DNA of 64,000 nucleotides from Candidatus Peregrinibacteria bacterium. Its GTDB lineage: Bacteria; Patescibacteriota; Gracilibacteria; UBA1369. The stretch spans positions 864,001 to 928,000 of the forward strand of contig OY970195.1 of NCBI GenBank assembly GCA_963708185.1, given 5' to 3'. Both the position numbers and the translations under genes were made by a program. The notes beneath the pieces are model-generated. The model was not told where the DNA came from and ran no database searches. It worked only from the letters and a program-made list of their open reading frames with translations. Positions 52,054-61,951 of the stretch are shown in pieces. Every line of letters starts with the position of its first letter. Positions within the stretch are counted from its first letter, which is position 1.

Positions 52054-52082
52054 TTGACGGTGAGTATCCACTCACCTATACT
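52054..52082 (+). promoter_or_regulatory. lexA promoter with a palindromic operator in the spacer
   Basis: TTGACG-17-TATACT; GGTGAGT-ATCC-ACTCACC at 52059-52076. Confidence 0.75.
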
Positions 52083-52108
52083 GAGGTTGTCATTCATTAT
52101 TTCTTGCT

Positions 52109-52732
52109 ATGTCAGAAGTTCTTACCGAAAAACAGGAGGCCCTTCTCCAGTTCATAGAAGACTATCAATTGCAGAACGGCCGATCTCCGACCATCCGTGA
52201 AATGCGCGAACACTTTGGAGTCAGTTCGGACAACAGTATTCTTAAACTCCTTACCGCGCTCAAAGTAAAAGGAAAGATCCAAAAAGACGATACGCCCCGA
52301 GGAATTAAACTTCTTTCCAGCGTGAAGGAAAAACTTTCCTCTCCGGAGTTGAAACTTCCTCTGCTCGGCATGATTCCAGCCGGAGGTCCGGTGCTTTCCG
52401 AGGAGTATGTGGAAAGCTGGATGAAAGTGAGCGACGACATTGTCTATAAAGTGAAGGACTCGTATTTACTTCGCGTCAAAGGAGACAGTATGATCGACGC
52501 CGGCATTTTTGAAGACGATATCCTGGTGGTCTGCGGTTCGATGTCACCGAAAATTTACGACATTGTGGTGGCATTGGTGGATAATCAAAACACCGTGAAG
52601 CGTTACATGAAAGATGCCCAGGGACGTCTCTACCTCAAACCTGAAAATCCACGTTACGATAATATCTACCCCGAGGGCGAACTGTGCACCCAGGGAGTAG
52701 TGACAGGGCTCATGCGCTTCTACAAGCGATAA
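52109..52732 (+). CDS. lexA: SOS repressor LexA
   Basis: N-terminal wHTH (LTEKQ..L.FI...SPTIRE), AG cleavage site (IPAGGP), GDSM Ser and TVKR Lys. Confidence 0.95.
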   Translation: MSEVLTEKQEALLQFIEDYQLQNGRSPTIREMREHFGVSSDNSILKLLTALKVKGKIQKDDTPRGIKLLSSVKEKLSSPELKLPLLGMIPAGGPVLSEEYVESWMKVSDDIVYKVKDSYLLRVKGDSMIDAGIFEDDILVVCGSMSPKIYDIVVALVDNQNTVKRYMKDAQGRLYLKPENPRYDNIYPEGELCTQGVVTGLMRFYKR

Positions 52733-53049
52733 CATCCGGCTTCATCCTTCGTAAGGTTTCAAAAAGAACAACGTGTTCTCCAGTTTTTCTTCGACTAAAA
52801 TTTTATTTCTTCACCATTTTCCCTCTATGACATTCCCACGTTTTTTTTCTCCCTCGGTGACCTCACGTCTTTTTGATCCCATGCCGCTACCGCGGTCGAT
52901 CCGCATCAAAAGAGTTGGCAAAACAAAAGCTAAATTGCCCAGCACATCAAGTTTTAAGGCCGTGAACTTCCGGATCAAAAAAATACCCCTTCATCGTTAA
53001 TACTCTTTCTGCCTTCGGCAGCAGACGTTTCTATCCTGTTACAAATATT

Positions 53050-53345
53050 GACCTCGAGCTGCCTCGCTCTTCTCTTTATAGCGGTCGGGTTGGGGACCCG
53101 CGAGACCCAACCCTCCCTCGCTTCGCCCTCGCGCCGTGCGCTCGGTAGACGCTCGGCCGCTGCCTCGCTCTTCTCTTATCAAAAATGTCATCCTTCACGT
53201 GCTACTCTTGCGCTTAGTTGGGTTTCGTCATCCCTCATTCTCGGCGCAATGGGTACGTCTCTCCTTTCAAAGGGAGAGGCCGACTGGACGCCCCTCACGG
53301 GCGGCTGCGGCTGCGGTCCACCTCGGACCCTGTCTGTGGCACTGC
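53050..53345. repeat. GC-rich REP/MITE-like palindromic repeat region
   Basis: 19-nt direct repeat GCTGCCTCGCTCTTCTCTT (53058, 53159), several hairpins, and motifs shared with 7305-7398. Confidence 0.5.
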
Positions 53346-53348
53346 CGC

Positions 53349-54131
53349 TCACTTCAAGGATGACTTTTTTGCATCTTTAATTTTTTTGGTCTGCTGATAT
53401 TTCATCCACAGTGAAAGCCCCTCACGCTTCCGTCCGCCTCCCTGTTCACGCTGTCCTCTCGCCACATTGCTGTAAAATCCAGCCGTCACTTTTTTTTCGA
53501 CTTTCAGTAACTTTGCGAGCGCGATGGACGCAGCTTCACGATTCTTTTTGATATCCATGGCTTCTTCAGGAAGAATACCTTCACGAGCGGCAAAATCTTC
53601 AAAGGGAAGGAACAATAAAGCAAACTTCACTTCCAGTGGCAGCTCGGGAAAATGTTTCGCTCCTTCAACCTGACGTACATTCAACAGCTTTTTCCGCTTC
53701 ATTTGCGCGACTGTTTTGGAGAGTTTGTTCTGAAAAAATCCTACGACGTCCTTTTCAGGCTCATCGGAAGCGTTTTGTATATCCACGCGGGACAATACGG
53801 CCCTGATTTGCCCACGAACCGACAATAAAACTTCTGCGATCGTCCTGACTTTCCCGGGAACCTCATCGAGATGTGTTTCAAGTTTCGACAAAAAAACAGC
53901 TAAAAGCGTTTCCTGCATTTCTCTCATCGCCCTGATCTCGTCCGGAGATACGGCAACCGCTTGATAAATGGCCTTGCGCTGGTATTCAATTTTTTCGACG
54001 AGCTCTTTCAGTTCTGCGGGGAGACTTTTTCTGCTTCTGGAAAGCTGGGGCAAGAGGGTATCCTTGAAGGCAGGAAACAGTATTTCCGTTTCTTCATGTG
54101 ATGACGTTTGAGGCTTTTCGGGCTTTGACAT
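53349..54131 (-). CDS. Hypothetical protein
   Basis: About 260 aa from ATG 54131 (MSKPEKP...). Confidence 0.65.
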   Translation of the reverse strand: MSKPEKPQTSSHEETEILFPAFKDTLLPQLSRSRKSLPAELKELVEKIEYQRKAIYQAVAVSPDEIRAMREMQETLLAVFLSKLETHLDEVPGKVRTIAEVLLSVRGQIRAVLSRVDIQNASDEPEKDVVGFFQNKLSKTVAQMKRKKLLNVRQVEGAKHFPELPLEVKFALLFLPFEDFAAREGILPEEAMDIKKNREAASIALAKLLKVEKKVTAGFYSNVARGQREQGGGRKREGLSLWMKYQQTKKIKDAKKSSLK

Positions 54132-54253
54132 AAGAAAAGAATAATGGGAGGAAGTATAGGAATATCTGCTCTCACTGTCAAATCCCAAGGAACGATTCTT
54201 GATTTCGGGACTCCTTTCTTTTATCATCATTTGGCAAACGGTTCGCTTAAAAT

Positions 54254-54329
54254 GCCACTTTAGCTCAGCTGGTAGAGCAATGCTTTCGTAAAGCAGAGGT
54301 CTCGGGTTCGATTCCCGAAAGTGGCTCCA
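54254..54329 (+). tRNA. tRNA-Thr (anticodon CGT)
   Basis: GCCACTT/AAGTGGC acceptor stem, D-arm, loop TTCGTAA, TTCGATT T-loop and encoded CCA; 76 nt. Confidence 0.97.
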
Positions 54330-54362
54330 GTCGTTAAATAGCTTTTTTATTGATATAGAAAT

Positions 54363-57300
54363 TTATTTCTGAATCAATACCGCCAGTTTTGCTATTTCTG
54401 CTCTCGTGATTGGACTGTTAGGTCTGAAATATTTATAGGTTATCGGCTTCAGATTTTCTTTCAAAATCTGGCGCCGGGTAGCGTAATCCATTTGGCCAGT
54501 ATTTTTAATGGCTTTTGCTCTCTGATACGCACTAATTGCGCTTTCCAGTTCAGCATCGTAGCTGGTATTTATTTCGCCTTGGTAATAGCCGAGCTGCGCC
54601 ATGATTGTCTTGATGTTCGATACATCTTTGCCTTGATCAGAAACCCCAAGGAGACGCGGGAACGAGTAAAATTTACTGACAGCGCCGGCTTTGTCGAAAG
54701 TCATGGTGTATCCATCAACAATATTTTTTGCTTCGGCATAGGCCACGTAATCATAGTACCAATCACCCAGATCAACATCACCGAAGTCTGCCTCGTAGCC
54801 GCTGAAGTCCTGAATAGCTTTGGCCTTGAGTATCACCTTCAAAGCTTCTGCTCTGGTGATAGACTGATGAGGTTTAAAGTTCGAGCTTTTGTCTGCGTTG
54901 ATATACCCCTCGACAATACCGAGCTTGGCTGCGCGTATTACATAACCGGCAAACCAGTCCGCTGATTTTACGTCAAGAAACGAATCTTCAAATAATGAGG
55001 TACCGAGTTGATAGGTATTTAAAGCAATTTTTACCAGCTCAGCTCGAGTTGACATTCCGTCAGGAACAAACATATCGGAAGTACGTCCGTCAATGATACA
55101 TCTGCGGTAAAGATTTTCTATATAAGCTCTTGCCCAATGATTGGAAATATCCTTGAAAGGAACATTTGAAACTGTTGAGCGGCCACAACTCGGGGTAGGT
55201 GTGGTCTGGCCAGGTGTTATGCTTGTTGGAGGAGTATTACTGCCAGTACTGCAGGACGTGCCTGAACAGGAAGGCGATCCAAACTGCGCGCCTCCGCCTC
55301 CACTTCCGCCTCCACTTCCACCTCCGCCTCCACCTCCGCCCCCGCCACTTGAGGTGGGTAAGGTCAAAGTAACAGTCTGATTAGGAGTGTTGAGGTTTGC
55401 AGTAGTTGAGGAGTTTTGATATCCGGCAGCTGAACCAAACAAACTATATGGATTATATCCTCCGTTTGTTTCTGCTAGGGAAGCACTGGTCAGGTTAAAG
55501 GCCTGTAAGTAGTCTGAGTACAGTGTATAACCGGTACCAGCAGTCACAAGGGCTGAAGCGGCCGTTCCAAGAGCATCCTTAAATACCGCAGATGCTCCGT
55601 TAAGCGGTGCGTTTAAAGCATTTTTTATAAATGCTCTGGCCTTAAACCATACGCGAACTATTCCCGTCCCAGTTATGCTGCTTAATGTCCTATTGAATAA
55701 GGTATTTTTCAGGTCATTGTCGCCGGAACTATCACTATCTACATCGTAGCCTGCATTTGAAGTGAGAGTTGATTCATTGATGCTGTTGCCGGCAGAACTT
55801 CCGGTAAACATAACTCCAACTGCGTTACCTGAAGAAAGTATATTTTGAATGGTATTATTGTTTGAATCCTTGATTTTTATGCCTGAAGAAAAGACGGTTG
55901 TTGCGTGATCCAGACTTGGAGGATCAGTTTCACCCGGTTTCAGACTGGCTGAAGCTAGCGAGACAGCTGTGGGATTGTAGGAATAAGTTCCGTTTCCATT
56001 GGCGGTAAAAATTCCCGGAATGAATTGATCGATAGTGTTAGGGGCTCCGCATTTATTTGTAAGGTAGTCATTCACTCCCGATGAATCAACAGTATAACCG
56101 TCTGATGTAAGAAAGTCGGACTGGATATATATCGTTATTTTGTTACCTGAAGTGTCCACCAGCGCCGCATTTACGTCGTCAGTTGCTCCACCGATGGCGG
56201 TGGTTATGTCTTGGCCGTCCGTGTTAAAGATGGCAGCGGTGCAGGAATTATCAAGCATATAAAGAGCGGCGTCCGCGGTCCCTGTTACCGGCAAAGACTG
56301 ATCATAGGTATTGCCCCCATACACCCACAATGCCTTGGTGATTGTATAAACCGATGTGGCATTGGTCGCATTTTCAACAGCAAGATCCTGAATGGTCGAA
56401 TTGTTGATACCGTCAATGGTGAGGGCATCTTCCGCACCCGACGAATGAATAATTGTGGTGGCTCCTGCTCCGCTGACAGTAACGTTGTTAGCGCCACCGG
56501 GAGCGTCGCTCAATGTGGCTGCGTCGTAAGTTCCAGCGCCAATATGAACCGAATCACCCGTGGAAACAGCGTCAGGTAAAACATCCAAAGTGTTGGAAAA
56601 ACAGGTAGCATAATCAACGACGCAGCTGTCATCGATCAAATAATCGTTGACCCTGGCGCCGGAATAAGCGCCGATATCCTCCGACCCATTAACGTCAAGA
56701 TATCTGCTGATAGGACTTGGGTAATAGTCGTCTGAAGTATCAACGTTTTCTGTTCTGAGAAGAGGGTTGGAGGTGACAGTGTTGGTATTGAGACCTGTAA
56801 TTGTGCCAGTGGAATCGTTAAACAGGTATCCGAAGCCGTAGAACCCATTATAGCTGTCATTCAGGGTCACGTTGGCACTTCCGATGTTATAGTTAAGATT
56901 AATGCCAGTTCCGGCCGCAGGAGTAGCACTTTGATAACAAAGATTGTAATTGGCGGTAACTGTTACTGGCACATTGGGATTCCCCCCGCCGTCGAAAACG
57001 CCAATACAAGCGTCTCCTCCTGCTGCAGTGGAAACATTTTGCCCTATGACCGTATTATGCTCGTAAAGAGCGTCCACGTCATACTGATCGACACGTATGT
57101 TAAATGCCCATGTTCCATTGGTAGCACCTCCGACCTTAGTCGGTGTGATAATGTAGTTGCCGGTAAACTCCGCTTGCGCGTTCTGGACGGTGACCAATGT
57201 AAGATATTCATCATTCATGGTAACCGCGGACTTAATCGTATTGTTTGTAAATCTGATGTCTTTTCCGGCTGTTATAATCACCCAATCTCCCAGTGAGCCC

Positions 57301-58010
57301 GTTGCGTAATTGGTGATGGTGTTATTGTTAAACAGGACATGGTTGCAAATGTGATCATCAAGGGGATCTCCGGGAGGATCGCTGAAGTCGGGAGTGCCGT
57401 TTGCAACCACATTTACGCATGAAGAGAAGCGGCATTCAATCGAGTTATTCTCTATGACGCCGTTATCGGCACCCTGAAGCTGCAGCCTTTGTATTCCTGT
57501 ATTGCCATTTATTTCGTAACCATCGACGGAAGTGAGCGCAAGCCATGAATCAGTAGTGCTGGAGAAAGTATTATTTAAAAAATTGATATTGGTAGCGTTA
57601 CTAGAATCAAAATGCACATTTTCAGTTGAACAGTTCTGCAGCGTAAAATCGCTGCCGGTATATACATCTATTTCCGCGTCCGCTGCGTCGCCGAATGTAT
57701 CGGCTCCCGGATCGCAGGCAATGGTGACGCCGGCCGGAACAGTGAGTGTTGTACCTCCTGCAGTCTCAGCGGTATTGTCAAAAACATAGCTGGACGTTAA
57801 AGTTACGGTATCGACAAAAGCGTCCCCGTCAAGTCCCGGATCCAAAAGTGCATCGGCCAGAGTCGTGAAATCGCATCCGGAAGTGCATACCGTATAATTA
57901 ACGCTTGCAGCATGAGCTTTGTTAAAAAACAAAAGTCCTACAACGAGCGTAAAAAAACACATCGCGACCTTTGTCCTGATTGGATAATTTGTGTATGTAC
58001 CTGTGAACAT
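54363..58010 (-). CDS. Large surface protein: signal peptide, parallel beta-helix repeats, Gly linker, SLH domains and PG-binding domain
   Basis: AHA|A signal peptide; NNTI/GNYI beta-helix repeats; FKDISNHWA, TRAE and FRPNSPITRAE SLH motifs. Confidence 0.88.
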   Translation of the reverse strand: MFTGTYTNYPIRTKVAMCFFTLVVGLLFFNKAHAASVNYTVCTSGCDFTTLADALLDPGLDGDAFVDTVTLTSSYVFDNTAETAGGTTLTVPAGVTIACDPGADTFGDAADAEIDVYTGSDFTLQNCSTENVHFDSSNATNINFLNNTFSSTTDSWLALTSVDGYEINGNTGIQRLQLQGADNGVIENNSIECRFSSCVNVVANGTPDFSDPPGDPLDDHICNHVLFNNNTITNYATGSLGDWVIITAGKDIRFTNNTIKSAVTMNDEYLTLVTVQNAQAEFTGNYIITPTKVGGATNGTWAFNIRVDQYDVDALYEHNTVIGQNVSTAAGGDACIGVFDGGGNPNVPVTVTANYNLCYQSATPAAGTGINLNYNIGSANVTLNDSYNGFYGFGYLFNDSTGTITGLNTNTVTSNPLLRTENVDTSDDYYPSPISRYLDVNGSEDIGAYSGARVNDYLIDDSCVVDYATCFSNTLDVLPDAVSTGDSVHIGAGTYDAATLSDAPGGANNVTVSGAGATTIIHSSGAEDALTIDGINNSTIQDLAVENATNATSVYTITKALWVYGGNTYDQSLPVTGTADAALYMLDNSCTAAIFNTDGQDITTAIGGATDDVNAALVDTSGNKITIYIQSDFLTSDGYTVDSSGVNDYLTNKCGAPNTIDQFIPGIFTANGNGTYSYNPTAVSLASASLKPGETDPPSLDHATTVFSSGIKIKDSNNNTIQNILSSGNAVGVMFTGSSAGNSINESTLTSNAGYDVDSDSSGDNDLKNTLFNRTLSSITGTGIVRVWFKARAFIKNALNAPLNGASAVFKDALGTAASALVTAGTGYTLYSDYLQAFNLTSASLAETNGGYNPYSLFGSAAGYQNSSTTANLNTPNQTVTLTLPTSSGGGGGGGGGGSGGGSGGGGAQFGSPSCSGTSCSTGSNTPPTSITPGQTTPTPSCGRSTVSNVPFKDISNHWARAYIENLYRRCIIDGRTSDMFVPDGMSTRAELVKIALNTYQLGTSLFEDSFLDVKSADWFAGYVIRAAKLGIVEGYINADKSSNFKPHQSITRAEALKVILKAKAIQDFSGYEADFGDVDLGDWYYDYVAYAEAKNIVDGYTMTFDKAGAVSKFYSFPRLLGVSDQGKDVSNIKTIMAQLGYYQGEINTSYDAELESAISAYQRAKAIKNTGQMDYATRRQILKENLKPITYKYFRPNSPITRAEIAKLAVLIQK

Positions 58011-58113
58011 AAATATATATTTAATAAATCATATTATTATATCATATTTTTCATAAATTTTAAAATAGCGCATCATGCATTGGAGCTGCATTTACCGATA
58101 GGCTCATGGTTAC

Positions 58114-58145
58114 AAAAAACCCCGCCCGGATGGGCGGGGTTTTTT
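58114..58145 (-). terminator. Intrinsic terminator (bidirectional form)
   Basis: AAAAAACCCCGCCC-GGAT-GGGCGGGGTTTTTT. Confidence 0.88.
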
Positions 58146-58164
58146 CGATATTGTTGGAGATGTT

Positions 58165-58887
58165 CTATTTGGGAATCCAACCCTGGTTCTTGGCGTTAGT
58201 GATCATATACTGGGCACGTCCGTTTGAAAGCAACGTTGCCGGAAAATAGTTGCTCTTTGGTCCCGGAAGGATATCTACCATTTTGCAATCAGCCAACCTG
58301 TTCACCGCTCCATAAAACCATTGGGTAGATGGAGTATCCTGATAGTAAGGATTGTAAGGATATTGATGTGAATTTGAACAATTAAATACAACGGACAAAG
58401 TGAAAATTTTAGCGGCTTCAGCACGATTGACCGTATTTGCAGGCTTGAACGTTCCGTCTGGATATCCCACCATCCATCCGTGGCTGTAAGCGGTCTCAAC
58501 ATAAGGATAATACCAGACTCCCGGGGCGACATCCGGGAAATGCGGGCCTCCTGATGTTGTTAAAGGAACTTTCATTGCATCAACGATAAGTTTTGCCAGT
58601 TCGGCGCGGGTGATCGGGTCATTCACCGGAGGAGGTTCAGGCGTAACCGGCGGTTCGAGTGAAAGCGGACGCATCGGCACAAGGTTTTGCCTTGATGGGA
58701 TTTGATAGACTGGCGTAACAGCCGGAGCAGAAGCCCTTAAGCCGGAAAAATTAAGACGAAAAAAACCCTGGAGCGCATCTCCGTTCAGGGTCAGTGCCAA
58801 AGCAGCCGTTAAGACGACGACAAGTGAAATGGCGCCTGTGGTGATCATTTTGTTTTCTTTGCCTTTTTTGAAATTGAAAAATTTCAT
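58165..58887 (-). CDS. S-layer homology (SLH) domain protein
   Basis: ITRAELAK, FPDV...WYYPYV and GYPDGTFKPANTVNRAE motifs. Confidence 0.9.
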   Translation of the reverse strand: MKFFNFKKGKENKMITTGAISLVVVLTAALALTLNGDALQGFFRLNFSGLRASAPAVTPVYQIPSRQNLVPMRPLSLEPPVTPEPPPVNDPITRAELAKLIVDAMKVPLTTSGGPHFPDVAPGVWYYPYVETAYSHGWMVGYPDGTFKPANTVNRAEAAKIFTLSVVFNCSNSHQYPYNPYYQDTPSTQWFYGAVNRLADCKMVDILPGPKSNYFPATLLSNGRAQYMITNAKNQGWIPK

Positions 58888-59048
58888 TTTTGATTTTTAG
58901 GGGATATGAATCTTATGACTTCTGTTTACTGTAACATATTTATATATATTTGGCAATTTTGTTGGGTCAGAATATTTTCTTTTGGTATTTTCAAAGCGCA
59001 CTCCATTGACTATGATGGTTGGGCTTTTGAGCTTCATAATCTGCAGCG

Positions 59049-59372
59049 ATGGATTTCCGGTTGGTCAAAATAGTGATTTTTGTTCCCGCGACCCGCGGTG
59101 ACCTTATCCGTAAAACGCTCGCAAAAGCGGGAGCCGGGCACATTGGCAATTATGATTTTTGTTCATTCACCATGAAAGGCACCGGGCGTTTTCGTCCGCT
59201 TGAGGGGTCGAAACCTTTCCTCGGGAAGCAAGGCGGCATTGAAGAGGTCGACGAGGAACGGATCGAAGTGATCTGCCCCCATGCGATCCTTGAACAGGTT
59301 TTACAGGAAGTCCGCACGGCTCATCCTTATGAAGAGCCGGCGATTGACGTTTATCCGTTGTTGAACGAATGA
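59049..59372 (+). CDS. YqfO/NIF3-insert-like (PII-like) small protein
   Basis: AGAGHIGNYDFCSF...GTGRFRP.EG..P and HPYEEPAIDVYPL motifs. Confidence 0.88.
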   Translation: MDFRLVKIVIFVPATRGDLIRKTLAKAGAGHIGNYDFCSFTMKGTGRFRPLEGSKPFLGKQGGIEEVDEERIEVICPHAILEQVLQEVRTAHPYEEPAIDVYPLLNE

Positions 59373-61951
59373 TGACTGCAAAAAAGCTTACACCGATGAT
59401 GGAGCAATACCAGGAGGTAAAGGCAAAATATCCTGAAGCGATTTTGTTTTACAGACTCGGTGATTTTTATGAAATGTTTTTCGAAGATGCCATCGAAGCT
59501 TCGGCATTATTACAGCTGACACTGACGGCGCGGAACAAAGGCGACCATAAGGCTCCGATGTGCGGCATTCCCTATCACGCCGCCCAAAATTACATCGCCA
59601 AACTCACCCGTCTCGGCAAGAAGGTCGCCATTTGCGAACAGCTTTCGGATCCGAATTTACCGGGCATCGTGAAGCGTGACGTGGTGCGGATTATTACTCC
59701 CGGCACGACGCTTGATGAAAACGTTCTGGAACAAAAAACCAATAATTTTGTGGCGGCGATCGTGGAAAGTGACGGCCGTTTCGGCCTTGCTTCAGCCGAC
59801 CTTTCAACGGGCCATTTTCAGGTTACGGAGATCGGGAACGGGAAGGATTTTCTGGTTGAAATGGTGAGGCTTCATCCCGTCGAAGCCGTCGTCGAACCAT
59901 CGTTCCTTGGTTCGGCAGTCATGAAAAAGTTTGATGAAGCGCGTCTTTCGACGTTCTTTTTTGCGCATGAAAGCGCCAGCGGCACACCGGCTGCAAATCC
60001 CGAAGAAGCCGCCTCCGCTTTGCTCATGGATTATCTGAAGCAGACCCAAAAAAGCGACCTTCCTCACATTCGCGATGTTCAACGCTATTCCACAGAGGAT
60101 TTCATGGCGCTCGACGAGGCCACGCTCAAGAACCTGGAACTTCTTTCGACGCTGCGTGAAAACGGCAAGGAAGGTTCCCTTTTATGGGTACTTGATGAGA
60201 CGATCACCTCGATGGGTGGAAGATATTTAAGATACGTTCTTACCCATCCGCTCTTACAAAAAACTGTCATTGAAGAACGGCTGCAGGCGGTCCGTGCGCT
60301 GGTTGAAAAACCTAACGCTTTGGAAGATATCCGTTCATCGTTGAAAAACATTCTGGATCTGGAAAGGCTGCTGGCGCGTCTGAGCCTGGGGCACGGCAAC
60401 GCGCGCGACCTTTTGGCGCTTAAGAACTCGCTGAAATCTGTTCCGGTTACCCGTGAACTTTTGCAGGGCTTCACGGCCGGGTTGATCCAGGCAACGGCAA
60501 AAGATCTTCACGGTCTTCCCGATCTTGCCGATATTCTGGAGCGCTCGATCGTTGACGAACCTCCTTTGGGCGTCAAAGAAGGCGACATGATCCGTGAGGG
60601 CTTCAATCGTGAACTTGATGAGATCAAAACCATCAGCCGCGAGGGCAAAGGATACATTCAATCCCTTCAGGAACAGGAAATCCGACGCACGGGCATCAAC
60701 TCCCTGAAGATCCGTTACAACTCCGTTTTCGGTTATTACATCGAAGTCAGTAAGGCGAACCTTCATGCGGTTCCTCAGGATTACATCCGCAAACAGACCC
60801 TCGTGAACGCCGAACGTTTCATAACTCCCGAACTGAAGGTGTACGAAGAGAAAGTCCTTGGTGCTGAAGAAAAAATCGTCGCCCTCGAGTATTCCATTTT
60901 CAACGGACTGAGGGAAAAAGTCGTGGCGGAAATTGAATGCATCCAGAAACTCGCGCGGGCGCTGGCCCAGCTTGACGTACTGTGCAGCTTCGCAAAAACA
61001 GCGCTGATTTACGGCTACTGCAAGCCTGAAATACATGACGACGCTTCTTTGTCAATTGTGAACGGACGTCATCCCGTTGTTGAAAAAATGAGTGCCAACG
61101 GACGGTTCATTCCGAATGACACCAGCTTCGATAACAAACAAAAACTCTTGCTGGTAACCGGACCGAACATGGGAGGGAAGTCCACCTATCTGCGCCAGAA
61201 CGCGCTGATTGTTCTGATGGCGCACCTCGGTTCGTTCGTGCCCGCGGAGCGGGCGAGCATCGGGCTGGTGGACAGAATTTTCACCAGGGTGGGAGCTTCC
61301 GACAACCTAGTGCGCGGGCAAAGCACCTTCATGGTGGAAATGCAGGAGACCGCGTATATCCTGAATCACGCCACGGAGCGGAGTTTAATCATACTCGATG
61401 AAGTCGGTCGAGGAACTTCCACGTACGACGGCATGAGTATCGCTTGGGCGATCGTGGAGTTTTTGCACGACCATGTGGGCGCAAAAACATTGTTTGCAAC
61501 GCATTACCATGAACTTATTTCCCTGGCCGACAAACTTCCAAACGCCGCCAACTACTCCGTCGCGGTCCGCGAAAACGAGGACGAGGGCGTGGTGTTCCTT
61601 TATACAATCGTTCCCGGCGGCGTTGACCGCAGTTATGGCATTGAGGTGGCGAAACTCGCCGGACTCCCTCAGGATGTTGTGGCCAAAGCGCGCCAGATTC
61701 TGGTCGACCTGGAAGAAGGCTCGCATCAAGCGGCTATCCAGGCCGAACTTGAAGACGCGACCAAGCGGATCCCCGAAGACCAGATGCCATTATTCGAACG
61801 GCAACAAAAAAATATCGAACAGCAGCGCGTTCTTGAACAGAAACCCGCACAGAACCACCCGGCCGTGGACGAACTGCAAAAGATCGACGTCAACAGTCTG
61901 ACGCCGATCGAAGCATTGAACCGGATTGCGGAACTTAAAAAGAAACTTTAG
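59369..61951 (+). CDS. mutS: DNA mismatch repair protein MutS
   Basis: TPMMEQY, GDFYEMF, GPNMGGKST and DEVGRGTS motifs. Confidence 0.99.
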   Translation: MMTAKKLTPMMEQYQEVKAKYPEAILFYRLGDFYEMFFEDAIEASALLQLTLTARNKGDHKAPMCGIPYHAAQNYIAKLTRLGKKVAICEQLSDPNLPGIVKRDVVRIITPGTTLDENVLEQKTNNFVAAIVESDGRFGLASADLSTGHFQVTEIGNGKDFLVEMVRLHPVEAVVEPSFLGSAVMKKFDEARLSTFFFAHESASGTPAANPEEAASALLMDYLKQTQKSDLPHIRDVQRYSTEDFMALDEATLKNLELLSTLRENGKEGSLLWVLDETITSMGGRYLRYVLTHPLLQKTVIEERLQAVRALVEKPNALEDIRSSLKNILDLERLLARLSLGHGNARDLLALKNSLKSVPVTRELLQGFTAGLIQATAKDLHGLPDLADILERSIVDEPPLGVKEGDMIREGFNRELDEIKTISREGKGYIQSLQEQEIRRTGINSLKIRYNSVFGYYIEVSKANLHAVPQDYIRKQTLVNAERFITPELKVYEEKVLGAEEKIVALEYSIFNGLREKVVAEIECIQKLARALAQLDVLCSFAKTALIYGYCKPEIHDDASLSIVNGRHPVVEKMSANGRFIPNDTSFDNKQKLLLVTGPNMGGKSTYLRQNALIVLMAHLGSFVPAERASIGLVDRIFTRVGASDNLVRGQSTFMVEMQETAYILNHATERSLIILDEVGRGTSTYDGMSIAWAIVEFLHDHVGAKTLFATHYHELISLADKLPNAANYSVAVRENEDEGVVFLYTIVPGGVDRSYGIEVAKLAGLPQDVVAKARQILVDLEEGSHQAAIQAELEDATKRIPEDQMPLFERQQKNIEQQRVLEQKPAQNHPAVDELQKIDVNSLTPIEALNRIAELKKKL

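Noticed and set aside
55290-55350. CCTCCG/CCACTT short tandem repeat
   Set aside because: It simply encodes the Gly/Ser linker of the SLH protein; it is not a CRISPR or contingency locus.
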